NCBI GenBank assembly: GCA_963713605.1
Contig: CAVQMO010000004.1
Location: forward strand, 59,921 to 123,920
DNA from: an uncultured Nitrososphaerales archaeon
Lineage (GTDB): Archaea > Thermoproteota > Nitrososphaeria > Nitrososphaerales > Nitrososphaeraceae
Reading direction: 5' to 3'
Length of the DNA stretch: 64,000 nucleotides
Part shown: positions 22,002-33,001 of the stretch, piece by piece
Position numbering within the stretch: the first letter of the stretch is position 1
Layout of the letters: each line of letters starts with the position of its first letter
Made by a program: the position numbers and the translations under genes
The notes under the pieces: model-generated
Told to the model about the DNA's origin: nothing
What the model saw: only the letters and a program-made list of their open reading frames with translations
Databases searched by the model: none

Positions 22002-22664
22002 TTGTCCGAAACCTGTACATGGCTTCATGAACAACTAGAGCTTCTACCCATCTTCAAATATCCATTTGATTTAAAATTACTCCCAAATAATGGGATCTAT
22101 TTCTTTTGTGAGAAAGGTGAAAATTCAAACCACGGTAGTGGCATCCCCAAACCAAGGAAAAATACAGTTAGAACCGCAGGTGGGATAATGTTTGGAGTTG
22201 GATTTTTCGTTCTTGCCAGAACTGTCATTCATCCTAAACTGAAGAATTCTCTAAATATGACTGGAATCGGTTTAATACTTCTTTTGGGTGCAAATGCCTC
22301 ATCACTTATAATAATGACCCTCTACCCTCCATGGGGTATTATATCAACGACTTTTCTGATACCAGGTTCATACTTTCTAATAGTTGGTTTAGACTCTGCA
22401 ACGTTCTATCTGGCAACAGATTCCTCATTGAGAAGAGTAATAGCAAGGTCGCCTCAAAAGGAATATGATATCTTAAAGGCGATGGGTGCTTCCGCTTCGG
22501 AAGAAATTGTGATTAGCAAAGTAGCTAGCATCAGTAAGGAAGTATATTATGATATTCAATCAGAAAAAATCTTCGCTATCGCTTCTGAGCCTGCTGACGT
22601 CCAACAATATATTAATGAGGTATTTAGAGAAGTGTCGAATAGAGGCAGAGTGTCTGATGTTTAG
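22002..22664 (+). pseudogene. Chimeric ORF: GIY-YIG-like nuclease N-terminus fused to the C-terminus of a membrane protein
   Basis: LPNNGIYFFCEKGE...H...PKPR, then a junction near 22160 into TM helices (GGIMFGVGFFVLAR...PPWGII). Confidence 0.6.
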
Positions 22665-22831
22665 TGCATTAGACGACCCAAAGACTGGCCGAGTATTAAT
22701 TCTACTAAATCATCTGTGCAGCAAACTGAGATGAAGACTGTTTGGCCCTTAAGTAATTAGTAATTAGAGAAATAGCATCACTACTATGAGGAAATCATAA
22801 AATTTTTTATCCAAAGGGATGACAAAGTAGC

Positions 22832-22909
22832 ATTAGCACAATCACTACCAAGGACGGGACTGAAATCTACTATAAGGACTGGGGTAACGGTCCTGTCGTA
22901 ACCTTTTCC
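22832..22909 (+). pseudogene. 5' remnant of non-heme chloroperoxidase-like alpha/beta hydrolase
   Basis: (I)[25 protein letters not shown], then stop; start codon degenerated to ATT. Confidence 0.8.
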
Positions 22910-22977
22910 CCAGCTTAAGCAATATCATGACTTACTGAACCAATCCTGATCGATAAAAAAAATTGAAGTGGGATCGC

Positions 22978-23148
22978 TTATTTATTTTCTAGTTCTTTGA
23001 TTCTTTCAGTTATTCCCTGAGCTTCCTTCTCTAAGATCTTCTTTGTACTCTTTTAGCATTGAAATCTTTTCTTCTCTGGTTAGAAAGCTTCTTACCTTTC
23101 CAAAGCCTGTTCCCCAGCCGCCACCATAACCACAGTATCCATATGTCA
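22978..23148 (-). CDS. Small Gly-rich/coiled-coil protein (DUF5320-like), frameshift near 23033
   Basis: MTYGYCGYGGGWGTGFG..RSFLTREEKISMLKEYKEDL; removing one base gives EKEAQGITERIKELENK*. Confidence 0.7.
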
Positions 23149-23216
23149 TATTGGTTATACGATATATACATAGAGACGTATTTATATATATCGGACACCC
23201 TATATCGATATAAGGC

Positions 23217-23528
23217 GTGACCAGATACAGTGACGAAGAAAGCTGCGACATGAGAGGCATGCTAGGATTTCTGATTCTCTTCTTACTATATGAGAAGAGG
23301 TTGATGCATGGTCAGGAAATAGCTGATGAGCTTGCAAAACGGAGGGGAGTTAGACCAAGTCCAGGAACAATATATCCTGCTATTAAAGGCCTTACAGATG
23401 CAGGATATCTGCACGAAGAAGAGAAAATAGGTAAGACCATATCCTATAGTCTTACCCCCAGAGGCATGAAGGCTTTTCACGCAGCCAGAAGAAGGTTTAC
23501 CAACACCTTTTTTGGAGTACTTGGCTGA
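23217..23528 (+). CDS. PadR family transcriptional regulator
   Basis: MHGQEIADEL..RPSPGTIYPA..L...Y.LTPRG; perfect palindrome TATATCGATATA at 23201-23212 upstream. Confidence 0.93.
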   Translation: MTRYSDEESCDMRGMLGFLILFLLYEKRLMHGQEIADELAKRRGVRPSPGTIYPAIKGLTDAGYLHEEEKIGKTISYSLTPRGMKAFHAARRRFTNTFFGVLG

Positions 23529-23651
23529 TATATAATTAAGGCTCAGTTTATAATAACGATTTTAGGAAATCCACATTCATTAGCATATACTTGAGTTTAT
23601 CTGTTAGTTACATACTTCATTTTCAGATACATTAAACGCAGCATAATCATA

Positions 23652-23852
23652 TTACAGATTAGGGTTAAATTCAGTGAAGAACTTTATAGGAAATTCCTGA
23701 GTTCCATTATAATCTCTTTGGTGTATTCGAGTATATAGAACTCTAGCCTTTTGTTCTATTTCATCAAGAGTATAACCAGAAATCCAAAACTCATAGGATC
23801 TTCCTTTTCCTTCTTTTACAAATTCCATGGTCACTCTCATTTGAATACTCAT
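23652..23852 (-). CDS. Small hypothetical protein
   Basis: 66-aa ATG ORF with TTAA-rich element about 30 nt upstream. Confidence 0.5.
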   Translation of the reverse strand: MSIQMRVTMEFVKEGKGRSYEFWISGYTLDEIEQKARVLYTRIHQRDYNGTQEFPIKFFTEFNPNL

Positions 23853-24083
23853 ATTATGATGAATTGTGTAGTGAATCTGACACTTAAACTAGTTGATAAT
23901 ACAATTATAAAAAAAATTCATTGTATAAAATCTGCCTAAGCTTTTTATTTGAAATATCAATGTTTTTTTTGGTCATTCACCCAATTGAGAGCCCAGTCCT
24001 TCCTCTCAATCATACCCTTAAGAGAAATATCATATTGTATAAAGAAATCACGTGATGCATTGATTCAATAATGTTGAAATGAT

Positions 24084-24197
24084 GAAATTCGATCTGAAAA
24101 AATCTTTGCTATTACTTCTGAACCTACTGACGTCCAAGAGTATATCAATGAGGTATTTAGAGAAGTGTCGAACACAGGGAGAGCACATACTGTCTAA
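24084..24197 (+). repeat. Diverged direct duplicate of 22551-22664 (3' end of membrane gene)
   Basis: 114-bp colinear match, SEKIFAITSEPTDVQEYINEVFREVSN vs SEKIFAIASEPADVQQYINEVFREVSN. Confidence 0.9.
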
Positions 24198-24942
24198 TAC
24201 ATTGGAAAAGCCGAAAGAATGGCTGACAATATTGCTAGATTAATTATGTTAAATGTAAATGTACATTCAGCTTAGTCAAACGTATCTATTGGATCGTTAT
24301 TCCAAGTTAAAAACAATCTTTGCTTATGAAATTCATCGAGCTTGCATTTGATTTTACCTTCTTGAAAAAAATATTCTGATATCTATAACATAAGGTTAGA
24401 GGTGAGAAACCGATTCCAAAGTTAACAGAACGATATGATCATATATGTAAAATAGTAAGCAATAAGAGTCGCTAATTCAAAGATATACTCTTTTAGGTTT
24501 TCTTTGCAATGTAATAATAGTTTTGAAAATCATGTGCAAGTGTCTTGACTTCGGCATTGGTAAAGCCAGAGTTTTTTAGCACCTCAATAGCTTTCTCCTT
24601 TCCCCACATTGCTCCAAACGGGATTCAAGATTTTGGTTTAGTTTTTCTCATATGCCTGCGTAATCAATGTAAGAATATATTCTAAATCAGACTTGTCGTC
24701 TACAAAAACATTATATTCACAGGGAGTGTGCTGAAGACTAGACGACATACACTGCTCGATATAATGGACACAAATGAAAAGATTAGAGCACAGTTGGTGG
24801 TCCGTTATTACTATCTGCTGCTAGCTTAACATCTTGTGAATTTGCTTCGTTACTGTCATTGTATAATATAAAATATATGATAGGTAGATTAAATCAGTTA
24901 AGTGATCTTAACTGAGGTATAAAGATAAAAAGTTACTTTACA

Positions 24943-25373
24943 CTATTTGCCGCCAAATGTTTTACTGATAGCTTCTCCCGTCTGTTCTAATATGCTGCCA
25001 CCGGTTTCGTTACCACCAGTTTCATTTTGTGCTAGTCCAGAACCGCTTTGATTGCCCTGTTGTCTCGCTGTTGTCCTCCTCCCGCACTTTGGTTACTGGT
25101 TTGATTGCTAGTTTGATTACTCTGCTGTTGTCCTCCAGTCTCATTCTCCATTGCAGCCTGATTTAGTCCTGTCAAATTTTGAACATCTGTTACATTACCA
25201 AAACCCTCACTAGTCTCATTATTCATAGGCGGAATGACACTTGGTGATGGCAAAGAAGGGGACTGTTGCTGCTGAGACGACTGATTCGATTGTGCAAATG
25301 CAGAATCAGATGACAGCAAAGTTAAGGCGCCGATCATAGAAAATATGAGAATATATATTGAATATTTTGTCAA
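24943..25373 (-). CDS. Secreted Gln/Asn/Gly-rich protein, frameshift near 25066
   Basis: Signal peptide ending AFA; NQTS repeats; the shifted frame ends NETGGNETGGSILEQTGEAISKTFGGK*. Confidence 0.7.
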
Positions 25374-25948
25374 CTTGTTCTCGTCCTATCATGAACGGCA
25401 AAGTTATTAACTATTTCATCAAGGATAACGATTTTTTGTTCTAATACTATGCGGCATGGATATTAGTAATTAGTATGAGATAATTAAAAGTGATTCTTTG
25501 TAAGCTGTTGGTGGTACTTAATGAATAGCCTCAGACTTTTTATGGTCCGTTGTTCTAAACTGATGTCGAAACTCTTAAGGCCTATCTGTCTTGGCTAACC
25601 AGATGAATAGTTTCCGATAAAGTTATTGCAGATTGTTGAGGCTTTAGACGTGACTCTCAATCATAATGAAAGTAACATAGGCATAATACTTCTATATATA
25701 ATACTTATAGTCGTCACACAAACCATTTGTTGCACTCCTAGACGTATAATAAACTTCTAATCGACATTTGATATACAATATCCTAGGTAATATCATTCGT
25801 GAAATAGTGATACTTGCTAACTCAGTACCACTCTTAAATCATTCTTCTGGGGCTACCTTAAATCTCATTCTAAGCCTTACACAGTCTGTCATAATCTCGT
25901 CTCTACATTTCGTGACAAACTTAAAAGCAACAATCGCAAAACCACTGC

Positions 25949-26326
25949 ATGCTTAAAAAGATGACACCTGAAAAAGTGCTTAATTCAATAGTTGAAGGTA
26001 TCAACGCAGGGGATCTAGACTCCCTAATGACACTCTATGATGCTGATGCGTGTTTTGCATCGCAGCCAGGACAACTTGCAAAGAGTCCAGAATCTGTATG
26101 CCAAAGTCTGCGTAGTTTCATCGACTCGAAGGGCAAGTTGGATCTAAAAGTAAAGAGGGTACTTCAAGCAAGCGATCTTGCTCTTGTAACTACTGAATGG
26201 TCATTCAGTGGAACTGGACCTGATGGCAATCCTTTTAATATGGCTGCCAAATCTGCGGACGTTCTGCGTCATCAGGCCGATGGGACTTGGCAGTTTGTCA
26301 TAGATAATCCTTGGGGGACAGACTAA
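25949..26326 (+). CDS. NTF2/SnoaL-like (YybH) protein
   Basis: INAGDLDSLMTLYDADA...SADVLRHQADGTWQFVIDNPWG. Confidence 0.92.
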   Translation: MLKKMTPEKVLNSIVEGINAGDLDSLMTLYDADACFASQPGQLAKSPESVCQSLRSFIDSKGKLDLKVKRVLQASDLALVTTEWSFSGTGPDGNPFNMAAKSADVLRHQADGTWQFVIDNPWGTD

Positions 26327-26949
26327 GTGAGAAATCGATACATTCACTGAAGCGATAAACCTTGTTCACGAAGTGAACACGCTCAAAAAAGCACAATATT
26401 AAAATAGATATATAGAGGGTGAAAGATTTTTGCAGAAGAAAAGAGGAACGTTATATAAGTAATGTCTTCGGTACCTGTACTTTACCATAGTGGTGAGATG
26501 ATGAGAGATTATGTACCACCAACATCAACACCAACAGAAAGGGCCTAGATGGAAATGCATCTATTGTGGCAGCATAATGGATAGGACAAACTTTACAGAC
26601 TTCATAAAACAGTCAGACCATGACAAAAACAGCGTTAAAGAAGCAAGAGTGCAGTATCACACTTGGCGCAGATCTGGTTAATGCCAGAACAACATCGACA
26701 AACGGAATGAATCAAAGCAATAATCGAAAGACGTAGCATCTTATCAAGACTACCATCCCCTTTTTCTACAGCAGTCCTTAACGCAGTAATAAGTTTGTTA
26801 AACTTTGGATGAATAGCCATGTAACCACCTTTGCAATACCATAAATCTATGATATTCCTGTCCTTGCGTTTGAATACTACTAAATATCTTGGTGCTTGCT
26901 CATCTATCTTTGTCACTTAATGATATCATTATAGATATGATGTGTTCAG

Positions 26950-27456
26950 CTATAGCGCCACAACGTCAATATTACTATATATATCATATACCTTGCTAGT
27001 AGAAGGGTTAATGTAATCCCAATGATCCTTACTTATATTTATTTTCTTAAATTTACTCTTATTAAGAGAATCTAGGATCTCGTAAACAGACTGACCAATC
27101 ATGATTTGATTAGATGTTGTAAATCCTGTCATTTTTGCTGAAATACTTGTCGTATATCCCAAAATATCTAGATGTGGTTTTCTAATGACGCGATTAGTTT
27201 TGATGCTATCGCCACCATCTGTTGTTGTTATTGAACTTACAACTTCATTGTTATTAATATAGTATTGAGCATCTTCTCCGTTACGAATATCAGTATCATT
27301 AACATGATTCTCTTCAATAAGTGTATACGAGTTAGTACTCCAACCATATTGAACTACTACATTTTCTCCCGCGTCTATTCCAATACGAACTCCCATTTCA
27401 GGATAATCATTGTCATTTAAAATTGGATTGATACCATCTTGCATTACTCTGATCAT
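26950..27456 (-). pseudogene. C-terminal fragment of adenylate/guanylate cyclase-like protein
   Basis: VRIGIDAGE..V, DILGYTTSISAKM, QIMIGQSVY; the N-terminal metal-binding Asp region is missing. Confidence 0.8.
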
Positions 27457-27560
27457 GCTTCGAGCACAATTAGGAAATTATCAAAACTTGTAGACTAAAA
27501 CGTCAACGAACAATAATGAATAGTAAAACTATTATACAGTCGGTAGTTTTAATTGCAGCG

Positions 27561-27767
27561 ATGAAGTCGAATATAAACGGAAAAATGCTGGCAATATTAT
27601 TTGTAGCAGCAGCCGCGATAGCATCAGCAACAGGTACAACAATGATTACCCCAGCTTTTGCACAAGGCGGTAATATGACAGGCGGAGGAAATGCTACGGA
27701 AGGAAATATGACCGGCCCTGATATGGCAGGAAGCGGAATGGCAACGCCTCCAATGATGACACCATAA
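27561..27767 (+). CDS. Small secreted Gly/Met-rich protein
   Basis: Signal peptide ending PAFA; GGNMTGGGNATEGNMTG repeats. Confidence 0.65.
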   Translation: MKSNINGKMLAILFVAAAAIASATGTTMITPAFAQGGNMTGGGNATEGNMTGPDMAGSGMATPPMMTP

Positions 27768-29151
27768 ATCGCATGGATATTCATAAATAGTAAATGCGAC
27801 TAAACCTATTTTTTCTATTTCATCGTTTGGGCCCTTAAATGTTTATTCCAAGGAAATGTACCTAAAATTGTTATCTTATTTTCTTGATTTCAACTGCAAG
27901 ACATACTCTAAATAGGTATTGGTTTCCTTCTTTTTTCCTGATTCTGTAAGATATCACTTGTGATATAATTTACCACAGAACAAAAAATCAAGTCTCTAAT
28001 TCAATAGTGAAATGACATCTAATAGCTTATGGAAAAGAAGCTTTAGGATTAAACAGAATTGCTTTTCAGGAACTCTTGAAATTATCTCATAAAAAAAAGT
28101 AACACATTTTCAGATTTCGGTCGATTCAGAATAAAATAGATAATCAGTCTATAGCAGAATTTCCATGTGATAATCAAAATTATGTACCCCTATGTAGTGG
28201 AATTCTATAATAATATGCATTATAACGATTCAGGCTCAGTTATTATCATAACGTATGTATCACATCATTCCCCAATCCTAGAAATCTCAGATTGGAATGA
28301 TTACCTGTGGTATCTGGAATCCAAGGTTATTAGTCTGAAGTTAGAACCACTGCCTGAAACTTACTACTAGATCCATATTGAATTCGATTCTAGTACAATC
28401 TTTGTTCGATTTTATGTAAATTATTCGTGGAATACATCCAAGAGTTCTGTTAGGAGGTATATACAATGCTGTCTGCGTACATTTTATTCACAAGCGATAC
28501 TTCCTAACTAGTAGCGCTTTGTTAAACAGTGTCTGGACGCAAATCAGCCTCTATTTCTGCGAATACATGCAAAAACTGTTCCCCTTTGGGTGTTATTTCA
28601 TAGTATTGAGTTGGCCCTCTATCAGACGGGATCAGCAACTCACGGCTGATTAGAAAGTCCCTATAGTATGTGAACCGCGGCCAGTTTAGCTGACTCTCAT
28701 ACGCTAGTTCAAATTGTTTACAGGCTTCTACTTTCGAATTTGCAGTCTGAAGTAACTGTTGAATGATTTCGTACTGTTCTCAATGAGGTTGCTGTAAAAT
28801 CCTACTCGGCATAGGGTTAACCAATCAACCAAAGTCAATTTACTTCAGGTTTCTAGAAATTACTTTTTTATATACTCTCTTCTGGTTATAAATCGTCCTC
28901 AATCTTACACAATAACTATAAGTATCTTATGCCTTTTTCAGTGATTTCATAGTGTTAATTGGGCCCGCTATAAGACGAAATCAGCAGTAATCTTCGGTTT
29001 GGTAACACATCGCGGTAGTATAAAAATTGCGCCAAATCTAGTTTCGGAGTGGTCTCGATGAGGCCGCCTTAGAAACTTAGCTCCAATTATAATGCAATGT
29101 GTCATAATGCGCAAAAATAGCCTTTTATTCTAGAATTTTCCATAGGTTTAC

Positions 29152-30241
29152 ATGGTGAGCCGGAGAGAAGATAATTATGAATTAAGCTTCAATGAACCGA
29201 TAGACTGTTGTATAAGCGTTGTGGTCAACAGAGATCACTGCCAATATTAGAACTTCACATAAACTCGGAAGGTATTATTCTATATTCATCAATAACATGG
29301 CAGCTATAGGAAAGAAATTTGGAGCGATAATCGCTAAGACGGGCGGGGATAGCCTTGTTCTTTATTTCCCTCAGACTTCGAACAAAAATGATAAACGCGC
29401 TTTCAAGGACGTTATAGATTGTGGCATAACCATGTTGGCAGCATTTAATTTCATTAACTTCAAAATGTCTGGAGAAGACCTTCCTCCTGTAGGTTACAGA
29501 ATAAGCTCTGATTATGGTAGAAGCGAAATTGCTAGATCAAATAGAACTGATAATCTTGACTTGTTCGGATCGGCCATGAATATTTGCGCAGAGATAAATC
29601 GTATAGCTCCTCCAAATACCATGGTAATAGGTGGGAGTCTATATCAGATCATCGAATCTTTTCCTTCTCCTTTTCTTGAACAATATGTATGTAAGTTAGC
29701 AGATGATTCTTTCCTTGGTAATTTAAAAATAGCTTATCCTGTTTATTCTGTAGCTAGTAAATACACGCGATTAAGACAGAATCAACTATTGAATGACACT
29801 GAACCAATTAATAAATCGAAAGGAGTAGATGTAAGTCTAATTTCGAATTCTAGCCGTTCTGATAATATCCTTTTAGTAGATGATGATCCAGACATTCTTT
29901 TGACATACAAATCCTTCTTAGAAGTTGAGGGCTATACGGTAGATGCATTCAGTAACCCCGAGGATGCATTAAAACATTTTTCACAGTGCGAAGCTTCGCA
30001 TTATGATCTGGTATTGCTAGACATTAGAATGCCGCGTCTAAATGGACTTCAACTATTTTATCGAATGAAATCCATTGAAACGGACACAAAGATTATTTTT
30101 GTATCTGCACTTGAAGCAGCGGACGAATTACTAAGTCTATTACCTGGAATTAAATCAGACAAATATATAATTAAAAAACCAGTTGGCAAAGAACTTTTTC
30201 TTGAAAAAATTAAAGTAATGATATCAGAACCCCTAGCATGA
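29152..30241 (+). pseudogene. Adenylate/guanylate cyclase-like domain plus C-terminal REC domain; frameshifting deletion near 29223
   Basis: MVSRRED...CCISVV breaks before the expected Asp; the next frame has STEIT, KTGGDSL, YRISSDYG, DLFGSAMN and REC (VDDD, LLDIRMP, KP). Confidence 0.8.
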
Positions 30242-30660
30242 CATCAGGTTTAGCATCCCCTATATCTCCTGTTGCAATTGTTGTTGCTGTTCTAGTGGCT
30301 TTATAATAGAGTACTTCAGTGGTAATTCAGTTTTAATTTAGGTGCGATTTCACAATGCACTGCTGCAATACATAGTAAGAGGTAGAAGAACGCCGATATG
30401 AAAACTTGCCTTTGAAGAAAGGAACAGATTCGTCGTCATCCTCTACCCCAACCCTATTTAGGTTTTATTTAGACTTTGTGGTCAAAGTTAGCATTGCGTT
30501 TTAAAATAAAAGACATTCCGGAACCTGGTTATCCTATCATACAAGTGGAACATTTCGGCAGGTAGGTTGTCTTGCCTTCTTGCCTATCTTATAAAAAAAT
30601 ATTTATTTTTTGGATAACTCCGGTGTAGTAGAGTAACGTCATTTTTGATAAGAGTAAGAT

Positions 30661-30882
30661 ATGTCCAGACAAAGCCATGCTAAACTAGTTCCCCCGGAAA
30701 ACCAAGTTCTCGAACCGATAGAAGAATCCAGTATATCAGAGCAAAGAGAAGAGCCGGAGTTGTCTGAGCTAGAAATTGAAACTCAATGCCCAAGATGTAA
30801 TGATATTATGGAATTGTGCTCCAGCTTTGATAAGTTAGTGTACTCTTGTGAGAGCTGGAGCTTCTTGTTGAAATGTGTTTAA
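30661..30882 (+). CDS. Small Zn-ribbon protein
   Basis: CPRCNDIMEL...YSCESW (last Cys replaced by Trp, possibly degenerate). Confidence 0.6.
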   Translation: MSRQSHAKLVPPENQVLEPIEESSISEQREEPELSELEIETQCPRCNDIMELCSSFDKLVYSCESWSFLLKCV

Positions 30883-31309
30883 AGAGAAGACATACATCTT
30901 ATCTTAAGATTTTCGTCCAACTAAGATGTCAATCTTGAAGTTGATGTAGATATATACTAATTTTTGATATACTTGCTGGTAGTTATTGTTGGCTCTGCTA
31001 TCCCTATAGCGTGTGTTTTGCCACTACCAACTTTCAAATTGAACAGATGGCTTAAGACACATCCACTACTACCACTGATAGACAGCTAGTGTCAATACGA
31101 TAGACGACATCTACATCTCAAAAAGAAAGTTGGTATTTGTGGACCAAATATTCTAGGAGCAGAAAATGCTTCATTGACTTTGTTTATTATTGAGCCTACT
31201 AAGATCAAATAGTAGGTAGTCTACAGCGTGTTATCCATTCTTTTTAATTTTCTAAATCTATGAGACTAAAGTTTGGACATGATCGAGTAATGAGGGATAA
31301 CTTCACTAT

Positions 31310-31942
31310 TCAGTCGGTCAGGTATAGATCTTTCTTTTTTCGATATATGAATCTCATCACCAATGAGGCAGGAATGATGAGGGCGGGGACTCCCAAGGCA
31401 AAATCAAGAGAATAAACCGAAATCCCTAATGAAATCATGAAGACCACGGGTATCACAGTAGTACGGAAATATGTCAAATATATTATATTTTTATCAATAG
31501 TCTTATTAGGAGATATTAGCTTAGCTTTCAGCGCGTGAGTCCATATGCCAAAGAGCATAAAACCAGCAAAAATTTGAACTACGCAGTAAAATCCATAGGC
31601 ATAGATATTGGTATCGTATATATTTGTTAGTTTAAATGTAAATGGTATCATTGTTATGAACATGAGAAAAATGATGTTTAGCCAAATCGCCAGATCTGTG
31701 GTCTTTGCCAACATGGCAGATATTGATTGATAAGTAATCCAGTACAATCCTATAATTATGAAAGTAATAACAAACAAGATAATATCAGATACCAACTCCT
31801 CAAGATCATCTTCATTGAAGAGGCCGTCTTCTCCTACCTGTGGAATTGCAAAATCTACAGCGAGTAATGTGATCGCGACTCCAACAACCGCGTCGGTAAA
31901 GAACCTCGCATGAGATTTATTTATTCCATACATATTTACCAA
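31310..31942 (-). CDS. TMEM175 (DUF1211) family K+ channel, paralog 2
   Basis: Same length (210 aa) as and colinear with 9004-9636. Confidence 0.85.
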   Translation of the reverse strand: MVNMYGINKSHARFFTDAVVGVAITLLAVDFAIPQVGEDGLFNEDDLEELVSDIILFVITFIIIGLYWITYQSISAMLAKTTDLAIWLNIIFLMFITMIPFTFKLTNIYDTNIYAYGFYCVVQIFAGFMLFGIWTHALKAKLISPNKTIDKNIIYLTYFRTTVIPVVFMISLGISVYSLDFALGVPALIIPASLVMRFIYRKKKDLYLTD

Positions 31943-32101
31943 TCCTAGTTAACCCCTATCTTTCAATTAACCTGCTCTGCGTATAAATAAGAATCGTATT
32001 GTTTGTATCCAAAGTCGAGCTACCTTGATCGATAAAGATTACTCCAGCATCAACAACATACCCATCTTGATACGTATCAATATTGGCATCTTGTCCACCG
32101 G

Positions 32102-32284
32102 GGAGAAGGCAATCTTTGGATAACCGAATTAATTATCACCTATGATGGGCGTCCTGTCTATGTAGTAACCGTCATGGAGTACAAAGACGGTAAGGTCGCA
32201 CATGAAACGCATTACTATGCAGATCCTTTCGAACCGCCTGAGTGGCGATCTCAGTGGGTCGAGAGACAACTTATGGAAGTCTGA
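32102..32284 (+). pseudogene. C-terminal remnant of NTF2/SnoaL-like protein
   Basis: GEGNLWITELIITYDGRPVYVVTVMEYKDGKVAHETHYYADPFEPPEWRSQWVE. Confidence 0.8.
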
Positions 32285-32499
32285 ATCCGACTAGTTATTA
32301 GGTATCTTATCATTATTACATTATCATAGTCGTTAAGCTAGTAACGCTCATCCATATTTGCATTTAGACTTCCATTTGAACTAGAGTCATCAGATTCATC
32401 CGTATAGTAGTCTAGACCTTCATTTGAACTAGTAATATACTCAAAGTTGTCGCCGTCAGGTAATGTGAAAGCTAAGAGACCTCGTTAATCCTTAAGGTT

Positions 32500-32682
32500 A
32501 TGACTGCGATAATAGCTCAGAATACGTCTTCTGCTGATTGGAAAAGTTCTTTTGATCTGCAAAGCTGTAATTTTGAATCCACTGGAGTAAATCCATATTT
32601 CATCTTAGAGCCCGGGCACAAGCTTATCCTTGAAAATGATGTAGGGCAGGAATCTGAACAGCATAGAAGTATCTCTAATTAG
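32500..32682 (+). pseudogene. Fragment of a hypothetical secreted protein
   Basis: FDLQSCNFESTGVNPYFILEPGHKLILE followed by an abrupt stop. Confidence 0.5.
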
Positions 32683-33001
32683 GGACCAAGAATCTTTTTA
32701 AGCTAAGTTAAAACGGTCTGCATGGATGAAAGATCATATTTACTTATGGCCTAATTTATTGAATTCAAGAGTAACCTATATTGACGTCCACAACCTGTCA
32801 TTTAATTTCAATCATGAAACCAAACCTGTCATTAAACCATACGGTACCCCATTAATATGTCGATGTCTTGAATGCCTGGGAATTGGAAGAGTAGATGTTA
32901 ATGTAAAAATCAAACTTAATTATCGCCTCTATATATGAGGTTTAGAACATTTGGGTAGTCATCAGAAATCTATATTTAGGATATATAGTATCTAGCTCAT
33001 A

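Noticed and set aside
32365..32432. CRISPR-like 20-bp repeat pair (TAGACYTYCATTTGAACTAG, 48-bp period)
   Set aside because: Only two imperfect copies; a period divisible by three fits a decayed coding repeat.
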